DNA of 31,282 nt, from positions 1-31,282 of the forward strand of contig JBFGZE010000030.1 of assembly GCA_041586955.1 (NCBI GenBank). The letters are read 5' to 3'. The position numbers and the translations under genes are program-made. This stretch comes from Bacteriovoracaceae bacterium (GTDB taxonomy: Bacteria; Bdellovibrionota; Bacteriovoracia; Bacteriovoracales; Bacteriovoracaceae). The notes beneath the pieces are model-generated. The model saw only the letters and a list, made by a program, of their open reading frames with translations. It made no database searches and had not been told where the DNA came from. Shown here piece after piece: positions 8,975-18,206 of this stretch; position 1 is the first letter of the stretch, and each line of letters starts with the position of its first letter.

Positions 8975-10015
8975 ATGAAATGGCAAGAAGCGAATGTGAA
9001 ATATGAGGTGGATATCCTGGTTTTGGGAGCGGGTATTTTAGGATGCTCCGTGGCAAATGCCTGCTCTGAGTTCTTATCTCCAGACAAGATCTTAATCATC
9101 AATGGAAAACGTTTGGCCGCTCCGTGCTCATTAAGCTCGACAGGTATCATTTGTAAAATGGGGATTAAGACCGGTATTAGTCCACTGGGTGATCTCCTTT
9201 CTCGTGCCTATGATTGGACCGTTCATAGTGATGAATTTACCCATCATGGAATTGAACCCTCGCGCTTTTTCACATTAGCACCTGCTGAAGATAAAGGCAG
9301 AGTTGAGACTTTGACTCGCCGTTATGGATCTCTTCATAATTGCTCTTTGGGCCAGCACCAAGACTTTTTAGCGCATGAAGAAGAGGCCTTTTTAGTTGAC
9401 CCCAAGAGGTTAATCAAACATTTAGCGCAGGATATCCTAACTATAGATGATACCGCCTATGAAGTGCGACGAGTGGATGATTATGTGGAAGTGGTCTTGG
9501 CCTCTGGCGCCATGGTCCGTAGCCGACTTTTATTTGTCGCCATGGGCGCCTATCAAGATCTATGGCAGATTTTTAAAGCTGATCTCAAGGCCGGGAATGA
9601 TCAAAAGACTTGCAAGGTAGTTCCCGGTAGTTTTCTTCTGGGCAAAACAAACCTAGAGTTTCTTGGCCGGCAAAGTTTTGTCCTGCAGATGCCCTATGGC
9701 CAGCTGATTAAACGCGCTGATGGGACGACCATGATCGGCTCCACTCATATTAACGAGGGTCCTTATCTATCAGGGAAGGCCGAGCTCAAAATGATGAAAG
9801 ACCGATTTGAAGATTTATTTCAATTGTCCTTAGGTACGATGGCGATTGAATCTGGGCAGCGGGCCAAGGCACCGAAACGGAGACCGGTTTTGTACGCCCT
9901 CGATAATGAAGAGAAAGTTTGGACCGCCAAAGGTCTTTATAAAAATGGTTGGACCTTGGGCCCATTATTTGGCCATGAATGGGCGATTAAGGCCCGACAC
10001 ATTCTCCAGGGCTAA
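8975..10015 (+). CDS. FAD-dependent oxidoreductase, DAO/glycine oxidase-like family
   Basis: Rossmann motif ILVLGAGILG, IGST, and C-terminal KGLYKNGWTLGP resembling the ThiO/DadA GHxRNGxxxAP motif. Confidence 0.75.
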   Translation: MKWQEANVKYEVDILVLGAGILGCSVANACSEFLSPDKILIINGKRLAAPCSLSSTGIICKMGIKTGISPLGDLLSRAYDWTVHSDEFTHHGIEPSRFFTLAPAEDKGRVETLTRRYGSLHNCSLGQHQDFLAHEEEAFLVDPKRLIKHLAQDILTIDDTAYEVRRVDDYVEVVLASGAMVRSRLLFVAMGAYQDLWQIFKADLKAGNDQKTCKVVPGSFLLGKTNLEFLGRQSFVLQMPYGQLIKRADGTTMIGSTHINEGPYLSGKAELKMMKDRFEDLFQLSLGTMAIESGQRAKAPKRRPVLYALDNEEKVWTAKGLYKNGWTLGPLFGHEWAIKARHILQG

Positions 10016-10202
10016 ACTTTTGCTTCGCGCATCCGGCCTTGCAGGCATTGGCATAAGTTAATCCATCTTTACCACAAACAGGATCATATATTTCAATACA
10101 GAGACATTCTGCCTTCGGTTTTGATTTCTTGGGAGCATTACTACAAGAGTTGGCGAGAGAAAATGTAAATGTCATAAGGGTGATTAAATAAATTGCTTTC
10201 AT
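9987..10202 (-). CDS. Exported (possibly lipoprotein) Kazal-type serine protease inhibitor
   Basis: Signal peptide ending LANSC, then CLCIEIYDPVCGKDGLTYANACKAGC...GEC, the six-Cys Kazal pattern; 3' end overlaps the convergent oxidoreductase by 29 nt. Confidence 0.88.
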   Translation of the reverse strand: MKAIYLITLMTFTFSLANSCSNAPKKSKPKAECLCIEIYDPVCGKDGLTYANACKAGCAKQKFSPGECVGP

Positions 10203-10248
10203 AGAGTCATTCTATAAAATACAGGGCGAATTACAATGGAAAAAAAGA

Positions 10249-10325
10249 TGGTAGCGACGGGCAGACTTGAACTGCCAACCTCAGCGTTATGAATGCTGTG
10301 CTCTAACCAGTTGAGCTACGTCGCC
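10249..10325 (-). tRNA. tRNA with CAU anticodon (most likely elongator tRNA-Met; tRNA-Ile2 not excluded)
   Basis: Reverse complement GGCGACGTAGCTCAACTGGTTAGAGCACAGCATTCATAACGCTGAGGTTGGCAGTTCAAGTCTGCCCGTCGCTACCA folds as a 77-nt cloverleaf with encoded CCA; anticodon at 10289-10291. Confidence 0.95.
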
Positions 10326-10342
10326 ATATGTGTGTGGCCAAA

Positions 10343-10371
10343 ATACTAATGAAACTGTAATGTACTGTCAA
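10343..10371 (-). promoter_or_regulatory. Sigma70-type promoter for the tRNA
   Basis: TTGACA (10371-10366), 17 nt spacer, TAGTAT (10348-10343) directly upstream of the tRNA 5' end. Confidence 0.8.
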
Positions 10372-10409
10372 TACGTCCTTCTAAATATTTTAGAGAGATT
10401 TTGGCCAGT

Positions 10410-11720
10410 ATGAAACGATGTCTTAGCGATCAACAAACCATCCTTAGAAAATACACTCACCATTGCTTGGAGTTTATGGATGGCATGAAGCTATGGCCAC
10501 GCTCTGGCGCAACCGTCTTGGTGGGCCTATCCGGTGGCGCTGATTCAGTCGCTCTTTTGCACTTATTAATGAGTCTACAAAAACATCGCTCCTTTAATCT
10601 ACGCGCTATCCATATTAATCATGGACTCCGATCGGAGTCATTGTCCGAGCAAGAATTTGCCACTAATCTTTGTAATCGTTTCAATATTCCTTTAATAGTG
10701 GAAACTGCCACAGATTTACAATTAGGAGATGGCGAGCATGGCTGGCGGCAAGAGCGCTACCGTCTTTTTCGTCAGCATCTTAAAAAGGGCGATCGACTCG
10801 CCCTTGGCCATCATATCGACGATTCCTATGAATGGGCGCAGATGCAACGTGGGAAGACAACATCATTAAAAGCGACTATTGGCATTCCGGTTATTAATGG
10901 TGCTGTCATCCGTCCTTTAATGGCCTTTACACGTGCCCATATCTTGCGCTATCTCCAATTATTACAGGAGGATTTTGTCCATGACCCAAGTAATGACGAT
11001 GGCCGATTTGAGCGCAATTATTGGCGGAAAGAATTAATCCCACCGATCGCTCAAAAGTACCCCCATTATCTAAAGTTTTATAGTCATCAGGCCCGTCAAT
11101 TGGCAGGGCAGTTGGGATTAGCGCGACAGGAAATGGTAACTTATCCATATTTTAAAGATAGTCTTAGCTCTTGCCTTTACCTTCACCCTAACGGGCGCAA
11201 TGAATTTCCCGGGTTACAGGAGCAGGCGCGTCAGACGATTCATTATTTATCCTCCAGAGAAAATGGTAAGGTTTACCAGGCCCTTCAGAAGTTTGAGAAT
11301 ATGGGGCGTCATGGAAAACGTGGACCAATGGATTTTAGTGGTGGTGTGAAAGGGATTCGCTACCCTGGGGCGACACTCTTTTATCATGAAAGTAATAAAG
11401 GGCTGATTTTATCCTGGGAGAGTTTTTGGCTCAAGCGGCTAGAAGATCCTATAAGCTGGCAGAATGAGGTGCTTCAATGGAGAAAGGGACAAGTCTTACC
11501 TCCTTTTGGTGGCCTTATTCTTACTAAAAAGCGCTTAACTAAAGGGACCAATTTGAAAACTTTTCCTCTCCTTTCGAGCCTCCCTGCGTTAGCGCAACAG
11601 AAATTTGGGGGGCTTTATGCCCTGTGTGAACTGCAGAATCGCTTTCCCCAACAGGGTCTAGAGGATTATTTGATTCTGGGCAACATGACGGCCGATCAAA
11701 TTACTTTCGTAAATTCTTGA
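10410..11720 (+). CDS. tilS: tRNA(Ile)-lysidine synthetase
   Basis: PP-loop SGGADS, HINHGLR, GHHIDD, IRPL, DPSN, RNYWR; canonical position upstream of ftsH; start uncertain (TTG 10401 or ATG 10410). Confidence 0.88.
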   Translation: MKRCLSDQQTILRKYTHHCLEFMDGMKLWPRSGATVLVGLSGGADSVALLHLLMSLQKHRSFNLRAIHINHGLRSESLSEQEFATNLCNRFNIPLIVETATDLQLGDGEHGWRQERYRLFRQHLKKGDRLALGHHIDDSYEWAQMQRGKTTSLKATIGIPVINGAVIRPLMAFTRAHILRYLQLLQEDFVHDPSNDDGRFERNYWRKELIPPIAQKYPHYLKFYSHQARQLAGQLGLARQEMVTYPYFKDSLSSCLYLHPNGRNEFPGLQEQARQTIHYLSSRENGKVYQALQKFENMGRHGKRGPMDFSGGVKGIRYPGATLFYHESNKGLILSWESFWLKRLEDPISWQNEVLQWRKGQVLPPFGGLILTKKRLTKGTNLKTFPLLSSLPALAQQKFGGLYALCELQNRFPQQGLEDYLILGNMTADQITFVNS

Positions 11721-11745
11721 TTCTTAAGGAATCGAAGCATAAAAT
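11717..11745 (+). promoter_or_regulatory. Sigma70-type promoter for ftsH-folP
   Basis: TTGATT (11717-11722, overlapping the tilS stop), 17 nt spacer, TAAAAT (11740-11745). Confidence 0.65.
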
Positions 11746-11787
11746 AGTGAGGACAATAATGTCCGGTTCGAAGTAATCAAAAGGAAT

Positions 11788-13725
11788 ATGATGAAACCAC
11801 AGCAAAAGACATTCACATTATGGATCATGGTTGTCCTTGTTACGCTTTTTGTCGCCAAAATGGCCAACGAGGGTAAGCAAGATTATAAAAATATAACCTA
11901 TCCAGAATTTGTGAAAGCAATTGAGGCCAAGCACATCGGCGAAGTGACCTTTAAGGGTAAAAACAAGATCGTTGGTAAGTTTAAAGATGCCTATGATAAT
12001 GGCTCTCGTTTTCAATTGACGGGAAATACTGGAGACACCACTTTTAATATTTTGAAAGAAAATGGACTCATCCCTGAATACGAAGAAGAGGAAAAGCAAA
12101 CATTCTTTGCCTCGCTTCTTATTAATTGGGGACCGATGATTCTTTTAATTGTTATTTTTTATTTCTTTCTAAGGCAGATTCAGGCCGGTGGTGGCAAGGC
12201 GATGAGTTTTGGTAAATCCAAGGCGCGGATGCTTTCTGCCCATGAGAAAAAAGTCACTTTTACTGACGTCTCTGGTGTCGAAGAGGCGAAGGAGGAGTTA
12301 AAAGAGGTTGTCGATTTTCTCAAAGACCCAAAAAAATATACGAAGCTCGGAGGCAAGATTCCCAAAGGTGTGATCCTTGTTGGTCCTCCTGGTACCGGGA
12401 AAACGCTTTTAGCGCGAGCAGTTGCTGGAGAAGCGGATGTTCCTTTTTTCTCTATTTCTGGCTCAGATTTTGTTGAAATGTTTGTCGGTGTCGGTGCCAG
12501 TCGTGTGCGTGACCTTTTTGAACAAGGAAAGAAGCATGCTCCTTGTATTATTTTTATTGATGAAATTGATGCCGTTGGACGCCATCGGGGTGCCGGTCTA
12601 GGTGGCGGACACGATGAGAGAGAACAAACTCTTAACCAATTATTAGTTGAAATGGATGGCTTTGAATCCAATGAAGGAGTCATCTTAATCGCCGCCACCA
12701 ATAGAATTGATGTCCTCGATCCGGCCCTCTTGCGTCCCGGTCGTTTTGACCGACGGGTAACGGTTGGTCCTCCAGATGTTCGTGGTCGTCTTGGTATTTT
12801 AAAAGTTCATACTCGAAAAACACCTCTTTCTGAAGAAGTGAATCTAGAAGTGATTGCCAAAGGGACCTCTGGTTTTACTGGTGCAGATTTACAAAACCTC
12901 GTGAATGAGGCGGCCCTTAATGCCGCTCGTTTAAATAAAACAAAATTGGAAATGACTGATTTTGAAATGGCGAAGGATAAGGTCTTAATGGGACCTGAAA
13001 GAAGATCTATGGTTGTCTCCGATCAGGAAAAGCGCAATACCGCTTTTCACGAGGCGGGACATGCTCTCGTCGGCCTTAAATTGCCTAATACTGACCCTGT
13101 TCATAAAGTCTCTATTATGCCACGTGGTGGTGCCCTTGGCGTTACGATGACTTTACCTGATGAAGATCGATTGAGTATTAATACGACATTTGCTCACAAC
13201 CAAATTGCTGTCCTAATGGGGGGGCGTTGTGCCGAAGAATTAGTCTTTGGCGATTATACCTCTGGTGCCTCAAATGATATTGAAAGAGCGACTCAATTGG
13301 CGCAGAATATGGTTTGTAAATGGGGTATGAGTAAGGAAATGGGGCCGCTTAATTACCATAAGTCTAATATGACAGTGGCCTATTCTGGCCAAGAAATTCA
13401 CGATTATTCAGAAAAAATCGCGGAGAAAATTGACTCGGAAGTTCGTAAATTTGTTCAAGATAATTATGAAGTTGCCATGAACCTTCTTAAAGAAAATCGC
13501 CAATACCTTGATGCCATGGCAGAGGCCCTTATTGTCTGGGAGACTCTTGACCGTGAACAAGTTGAGGCCATTTGTCGCGGTGAAGACATCGGCGTGCCGG
13601 TTGTTGAGCTCAAAGCGAATGAAGACAAGGGGAGCGGGCCATTTGGCGGAGAAAGCACTACGGACACTCAAGATGAGGAGAAGAAAGACGATTCGACTCC
13701 CTCTGACGATCCTGTTTTGGCGTAG
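11788..13725 (+). CDS. ftsH: ATP-dependent zinc metalloprotease FtsH
   Basis: Two TM helices, Walker A GPPGTGKT, Walker [21 protein letters not shown], zinc motif HEAGH. Confidence 0.98.
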   Translation: MMKPQQKTFTLWIMVVLVTLFVAKMANEGKQDYKNITYPEFVKAIEAKHIGEVTFKGKNKIVGKFKDAYDNGSRFQLTGNTGDTTFNILKENGLIPEYEEEEKQTFFASLLINWGPMILLIVIFYFFLRQIQAGGGKAMSFGKSKARMLSAHEKKVTFTDVSGVEEAKEELKEVVDFLKDPKKYTKLGGKIPKGVILVGPPGTGKTLLARAVAGEADVPFFSISGSDFVEMFVGVGASRVRDLFEQGKKHAPCIIFIDEIDAVGRHRGAGLGGGHDEREQTLNQLLVEMDGFESNEGVILIAATNRIDVLDPALLRPGRFDRRVTVGPPDVRGRLGILKVHTRKTPLSEEVNLEVIAKGTSGFTGADLQNLVNEAALNAARLNKTKLEMTDFEMAKDKVLMGPERRSMVVSDQEKRNTAFHEAGHALVGLKLPNTDPVHKVSIMPRGGALGVTMTLPDEDRLSINTTFAHNQIAVLMGGRCAEELVFGDYTSGASNDIERATQLAQNMVCKWGMSKEMGPLNYHKSNMTVAYSGQEIHDYSEKIAEKIDSEVRKFVQDNYEVAMNLLKENRQYLDAMAEALIVWETLDREQVEAICRGEDIGVPVVELKANEDKGSGPFGGESTTDTQDEEKKDDSTPSDDPVLA

Positions 13726-13740
13726 CGCCTAGGATATTTC

Positions 13741-14637
13741 ATGAATCCATTTAAGGGAATGGGGGTCATCAATTTGACTCCCAATTCTTTCTCGGACGGT
13801 AATATTCACTTAAATGAGGCCACTCTGTCTCATACTCTTAAGGAATGGCAATCCCTTGGTGTCGACGCTTTGGATATTGGCGCAGAATCGACCGCCCCTT
13901 TTAACGAAGGAATCTCTGCGGATGAAGAATGGCGGCGCTTAGAAAAGCATTGGTTACCCCAGGCCTTAAAATTAGACCCAAACTCCTGTCCCTTACTATC
14001 ATTTGATACTTACCATATAGAAGTGGCATATCGGCTTTTAAAATGGCATAAAGAGCGTGGTTTTACGCGCCTGTTATGGAATGATGTTTCTGGTCAATTG
14101 GATCAAGATGTTATTGACCTTCTTTTGGAATTTGAAAGCGCACATTATTGTTTTTGCCATAATGAAGCGCCTTCCAGGGAGGAGTGCCAGAATCATATGA
14201 GCTACCTTTTTGAGGGTGATCCGCTGCCGCGAATCGCGAATTTTTTTCAAAAGAGGCTATCGCGTGCCCTGAAAAAAATACCCAAGAACCGCCTTTGGCT
14301 GGATCCCTGTCTTGGTTTTTCGAAAAATTTTACACAGAACGAAGCAATCTTACTGCGCTTTGAAGAGCTCATTCAGGCCTTTCCAGGGCATCCGTTTGTT
14401 CTTGGTATGAGCCGCAAAAGCTTCTTGCGCCAAAGGGTGAGTATGGCATTGGGGTATGAGGTCCAACCCCCTGAAAGCATTGAGTTATCGGAGTATTTGC
14501 AGATGGCGCATCTGTTGCGCATTGGACCATTTTTACAGCACCATAGTGATATTTGGTGTCGGCTACATCGAGTAAAGTTATTGGGCCTGGCCAACAACTT
14601 CTTACACCTGGGCCGGAGAGACCCTAAAACCCTATAA
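13741..14637 (+). CDS. folP: Dihydropteroate synthase
   Basis: MGVINLTPNSFSDG, DIGAEST, SFDT, NDVSG, LDPCLGFSK, SRKSF; conserved ftsH-folP synteny. Confidence 0.9.
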   Translation: MNPFKGMGVINLTPNSFSDGNIHLNEATLSHTLKEWQSLGVDALDIGAESTAPFNEGISADEEWRRLEKHWLPQALKLDPNSCPLLSFDTYHIEVAYRLLKWHKERGFTRLLWNDVSGQLDQDVIDLLLEFESAHYCFCHNEAPSREECQNHMSYLFEGDPLPRIANFFQKRLSRALKKIPKNRLWLDPCLGFSKNFTQNEAILLRFEELIQAFPGHPFVLGMSRKSFLRQRVSMALGYEVQPPESIELSEYLQMAHLLRIGPFLQHHSDIWCRLHRVKLLGLANNFLHLGRRDPKTL

Positions 14638-14736
14638 AACTTTCACTTGTATTGCGTCATTAGTTGTCGATACGACGGCCACTCCCTAATGTCCCATTAA
14701 CGTGATCAGCGGATAGCGATGAAGGGGAAAAATAAA

Positions 14737-15612
14737 ATGAATAGCAAGTTAAATGGATTATTATTATTGGGGTTGTTGGCGGCACAAGTCACGTCAGTCG
14801 TAGCAAAAGAAAAAGTAGTTTATGGACAAGATAATAGAGTATTCTATGCTAATTCCAAAAATGAAGTTTATCAATCTTGGGCGCGTTCGACTGCGGTTCA
14901 AATTAAAAACAGTCGTTTTGAAAAAAATAAAAGTGGTCATTATGAATTACAAGATTTTCGTCTCAGTGATTTTGTGGGCCTTTGTGAGGGCGCAAAATAT
15001 ACGAAAGAGTTGGCAGTCGGCAATTGCAGTGGTTTTCTCGTTGCGCCCGACCTTTTAGTGACCGCGGGACATTGCGTACCTAGTCAGTATCAATGCGATA
15101 ATACTATTTGGGCCTTTGATTACCGCTCAGACCTATTAAAAAAATCACTGACATTACCAAAGAAGAATGTTTATAACTGTAAAAAGATTATTAAAACAGA
15201 ACTTAATCAATTTACAAGAATGGATTATGCGGTGATTCAATTGGATCGTCCTGTTGCTGGACGCACACCTTTAGAGTATAGACAAGAGGGAGCGGTTCGT
15301 TTATTTGATCCATTAGTTCTTATTGGCCACCCTTCTGGGTTACCCAGCATGATCGCCGATGGGGCCTTTGTTCGCGGTAATAATAACCTCACATTTTTCA
15401 CAGCAACGACTGATTCCTTTGGGGGGAACTCTGGTAGTCCAGTAATTAACGACAATACTGGTGAAGTTGAGGGGATTCTGGTTCGTGGGGAGAGAGACTA
15501 TTATTTTGATCCACAATCGTCTTGTTATCGTGTTAAACGTTGCGAAAGCGACGCCTGCCGCGGAGAAGATGTAACCCGTATTACAAATGTTTCGGAAATT
15601 TACAAAAAATAA
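14737..15612 (+). CDS. Secreted trypsin-like (S1) serine protease, paralog 1
   Basis: Signal peptide; catalytic triad TAGHC / DYA / GGNSGSP; start either 14719 or 14737. Confidence 0.92.
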   Translation: MNSKLNGLLLLGLLAAQVTSVVAKEKVVYGQDNRVFYANSKNEVYQSWARSTAVQIKNSRFEKNKSGHYELQDFRLSDFVGLCEGAKYTKELAVGNCSGFLVAPDLLVTAGHCVPSQYQCDNTIWAFDYRSDLLKKSLTLPKKNVYNCKKIIKTELNQFTRMDYAVIQLDRPVAGRTPLEYRQEGAVRLFDPLVLIGHPSGLPSMIADGAFVRGNNNLTFFTATTDSFGGNSGSPVINDNTGEVEGILVRGERDYYFDPQSSCYRVKRCESDACRGEDVTRITNVSEIYKK

Positions 15613-15635
15613 AAAATCTCTTGAACGTTTGCCAT

Positions 15636-15665
15636 AAGGCCCGCTTTTTAGTGGGCCTTTTTTTT
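15636..15665 (+). terminator. Rho-independent terminator
   Basis: AAGGCCCGCT-loop-AGTGGGCCTT followed by a T run. Confidence 0.8.
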
Positions 15666-15717
15666 AGCAATCGATTGCCTGAAATTATTCTGAGTTACCC
15701 TTACGGCACCACTTGTT

Positions 15718-15915
15718 TTAATGCTTGATAGAATCATAAAATGACTTACATTCCTGCTCCGCCTTGGATTTATCGTAGTCATAGGCCATCTTAATTTTGT
15801 TGGCGAGCTGGCCCATATGGCCGTGGAGACTTTCTATGTCCACGTTACTCAATTTTCCAAATCTTTTCTTGATCTTTCTTCGGAGAATCTTCCATTCATG
15901 ATTTTTGGTAACCAT
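15718..15915 (-). CDS. CsbD/YjbJ-like small stress protein
   Basis: WKILRRKIKKRFGKLSNVDI..GHMGQLANKIKMAYDYDKSKAEQE parallels YjbJ WKQFKGKVKEQWGKLTDDD..GKRDQLVGKIQERYGYQKDQAEKE; AGGAGAGG SD. Confidence 0.8.
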   Translation of the reverse strand: MVTKNHEWKILRRKIKKRFGKLSNVDIESLHGHMGQLANKIKMAYDYDKSKAEQECKSFYDSIKH

Positions 15916-16175
15916 ATGACCTCTCCTAGTTGGGAACTATAGAATTTGTTTATGTCATATTTATACAATTTCTTATAATGAGTATTTCCTATATAGCATA
16001 TAGAAAAAATAATGGCCTGTAATGAGCTTAACCATTTGATCATAATAATTAGCTTTCTAAGATTATTCCTTCCTTCTGTCGGTTCAGGGTTGGAGGGCCA
16101 GGAAAAAATAGATTTAGGTGCTCTGCGTCCGCAGCTCCTCACTTTTACATTCCATAACGGAAAAGGTATTTAGTT

Positions 16176-16919
16176 TTGAACACTTTCTGGAGTCATTTTA
16201 TCAAAGCGATCGCCCTTATCATTTTGCTCAGTAATTTTTTTCCTCAAATTGCTTATGCCAAGGACAGAGATAGTAGACTGATCTCAATTAAAGACTATAG
16301 AAAATTAGATCAACTCAGTGGAGATAATTTAAAATCGGCCATCCGATTGATATTATCAGAAAATTATAATTCTCATGGGTATAAAAAGGCCAAAAAAATC
16401 ATTTATACAAAACTTGATAATTCATACGGAGAAGTTTGCTGCGTTTACGGAAATAAATGCCTTAGAACTAATAAAGTTCCCCGTCATACCATTATGAATG
16501 TCGAACATACTTGGCCTCAATCAAAAGGGGCCAAAGGTATTGCGGCCAGTGACCTTCATCATCTTTTTCCAACGGCCAGTAAATTAAACTCTAAACGATC
16601 AAGTTTTCCCTTTTGTGATGTTGATAAAGTAAAATGGGAAGGAGAACTCAGTAAATTTGGAAAAGATGACAGAGGTGTTTCGTGTTTTGAGCCTCCTCAA
16701 GAACATAAAGGCAATGTGGCCCGGGCCTTATTTTATTTTTCCATCCGCTATCGATATAAAATTGAAAAAAATGAAGAAGAGACTCTTAGGCGTTGGCATG
16801 AGGAAGACCCTGTTGACTTTAAAGAGATTGAAAGAAATCAAAAAGTATTTAATTATCAAAGAAATTCAAATATTTTTATCGAATACCCTGAGATTGTGGA
16901 TAGGGTAGATAATTTTTAA
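16176..16919 (+). CDS. Secreted endonuclease I family nuclease
   Basis: Signal peptide; NVEHTWPQS, SDLHHLFPT..NSKRS, KGNVARALFYFSIRY, WHEEDPV..E.ERN motifs; TTG start. Confidence 0.9.
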   Translation: MNTFWSHFIKAIALIILLSNFFPQIAYAKDRDSRLISIKDYRKLDQLSGDNLKSAIRLILSENYNSHGYKKAKKIIYTKLDNSYGEVCCVYGNKCLRTNKVPRHTIMNVEHTWPQSKGAKGIAASDLHHLFPTASKLNSKRSSFPFCDVDKVKWEGELSKFGKDDRGVSCFEPPQEHKGNVARALFYFSIRYRYKIEKNEEETLRRWHEEDPVDFKEIERNQKVFNYQRNSNIFIEYPEIVDRVDNF

Positions 16920-16979
16920 ATCTTGGGCCCATCTTTCCAATGACTGCTGGCACTTCACTCAGTCTTTGATCATAAGGAC

Positions 16980-17014
16980 AAAAAAGGCCACCAATGATTT
17001 TAGTGGCCCTTTTT
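16980..17014. terminator. Bidirectional Rho-independent terminator
   Basis: A-run-GGCCAC...GTGGCC-C-T-run between convergent genes. Confidence 0.7.
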
Positions 17015-17030
17015 AATAAGATGAAATAAT

Positions 17031-17321
17031 TTAAAAAATAATAGAAATTAATGCTTTCGTCGGCCTTATTATTATGGCGTTGAATATCTTTCCTAAAAAG
17101 GCGAGGGGAGCAAAGTTCCAAGCGGGATTGGTATCTTCCGGGCGTAAATGTTTTTTCTCTTCAGGAAAGAAATAACGGAATTGAAAAAAGACAAAAAAGA
17201 TAACAGACACCATGACAAAACTTTCTGCTATTTCAATTGCCGCTGTAGGGATATTATAACTATCTACTGGCTGTGCAACTTCAACAGTTCCCAATACTGG
17301 GTGCTTAATTCTTTGGCCCAT
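17031..17321 (-). CDS. Hypothetical small membrane protein (96 aa)
   Basis: AAAGGA SD, central hydrophobic segment SFVMVSVIFFVFF, terminator immediately downstream. Confidence 0.65.
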   Translation of the reverse strand: MGQRIKHPVLGTVEVAQPVDSYNIPTAAIEIAESFVMVSVIFFVFFQFRYFFPEEKKHLRPEDTNPAWNFAPLAFLGKIFNAIIIRPTKALISIIF

Positions 17322-17635
17322 AAAATCACGATCCTTTAGTTAGAGGGAGTATGTTTTTAGTTTTAAGGGGAAATTCAAAACGGGAAAATGAGCTTGATCA
17401 TGAACATTATTTGTTTGATTGGGCACTCTCACTCTAAATGGTGATCTAGGTCATAGGACCTATATACTTTTACTCCCTTGGTAATAGAAAATAAGGTATT
17501 TATGAAAGCTATAATGAAGGAAAAAAAGTTTTTCAGAATGAGAAAAGTTACTAATTAACGACAAAAAAGAGCTTAATTGAATGGCCGACTTTTGAGGGTG
17601 TCAGTAAGGGAAACTGATTCAAAAATATCAGGGTT

Positions 17636-17663
17636 TTGAATCCTTTCGAATTTAGGTTAAAAT
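17636..17663 (+). promoter_or_regulatory. Possible sigma70 promoter
   Basis: TTGAAT, 16 nt spacer, TAAAAT about 30 nt upstream of the next CDS; AT-rich context lowers specificity. Confidence 0.4.
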
Positions 17664-17693
17664 AAAAAGAGTCTTTTAAACTCGGATGGTTTG

Positions 17694-18035
17694 ATGCATT
17701 TTAATCAATTTGTTTTATCAACGGCCCACCCTTATGAATTACAAAAATTCCTTATGGGTTTATTTGACCTCGTGCCACAAGTTGAAAAGGAAGGTCAGTC
17801 AATTGCCCTGCAGGGCGAAAATTGGCGCTGCCAATTAAATTTAAGTGACAAAAAAGTAATAGTAGGAGGCGCTTCGTGTCATTTTTGGCTCGATGCAGAA
17901 GAGTGGGATGACCTCACCTCTAAAATTGAATTCATTTCCTATCGTGATCAAATTGATATCCCCTATACTATTGAGAAGCAGCAGCTAGTGGCAATTGACC
18001 CCGATGGGCGAGAGTGGCTATTTGAGCGCCGTTAA
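17694..18035 (+). CDS. VOC/glyoxalase-like fold protein (divergent)
   Basis: About 113 aa; N-terminal HFNQFVL..P....F...LF pattern and C-terminal DPDGREW motif typical of VOC proteins. Confidence 0.65.
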   Translation: MHFNQFVLSTAHPYELQKFLMGLFDLVPQVEKEGQSIALQGENWRCQLNLSDKKVIVGGASCHFWLDAEEWDDLTSKIEFISYRDQIDIPYTIEKQQLVAIDPDGREWLFERR

Positions 18036-18206
18036 CCATTTCAAAGAAAAATGACACATGATCTGAATCTGTAATCACTAAATATTATTTGGAGTAACTC
18101 GATTTTCTTACATCTGCTGTAAGAAGTTGTAAGTTGTCATGATTAGTGGGATTCGCTTTAATACTGCCATTAAACGGCAAACCAAAACGACAACAAGGAA
18201 TAAAAC

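Noticed and set aside
8923..9150. 76-aa N-terminal extension of Tex in the ORF track
   Set aside because: Overlaps the divergent oxidoreductase; Tex similarity and an SD begin at ATG 8922
10203..10330. tRNA as an integration site for an island
   Set aside because: No integrase and no duplicated tRNA 3' end seen in the window
12180..12701. 173-aa antisense ORF inside ftsH
   Set aside because: Typical antisense shadow of the conserved AAA domain
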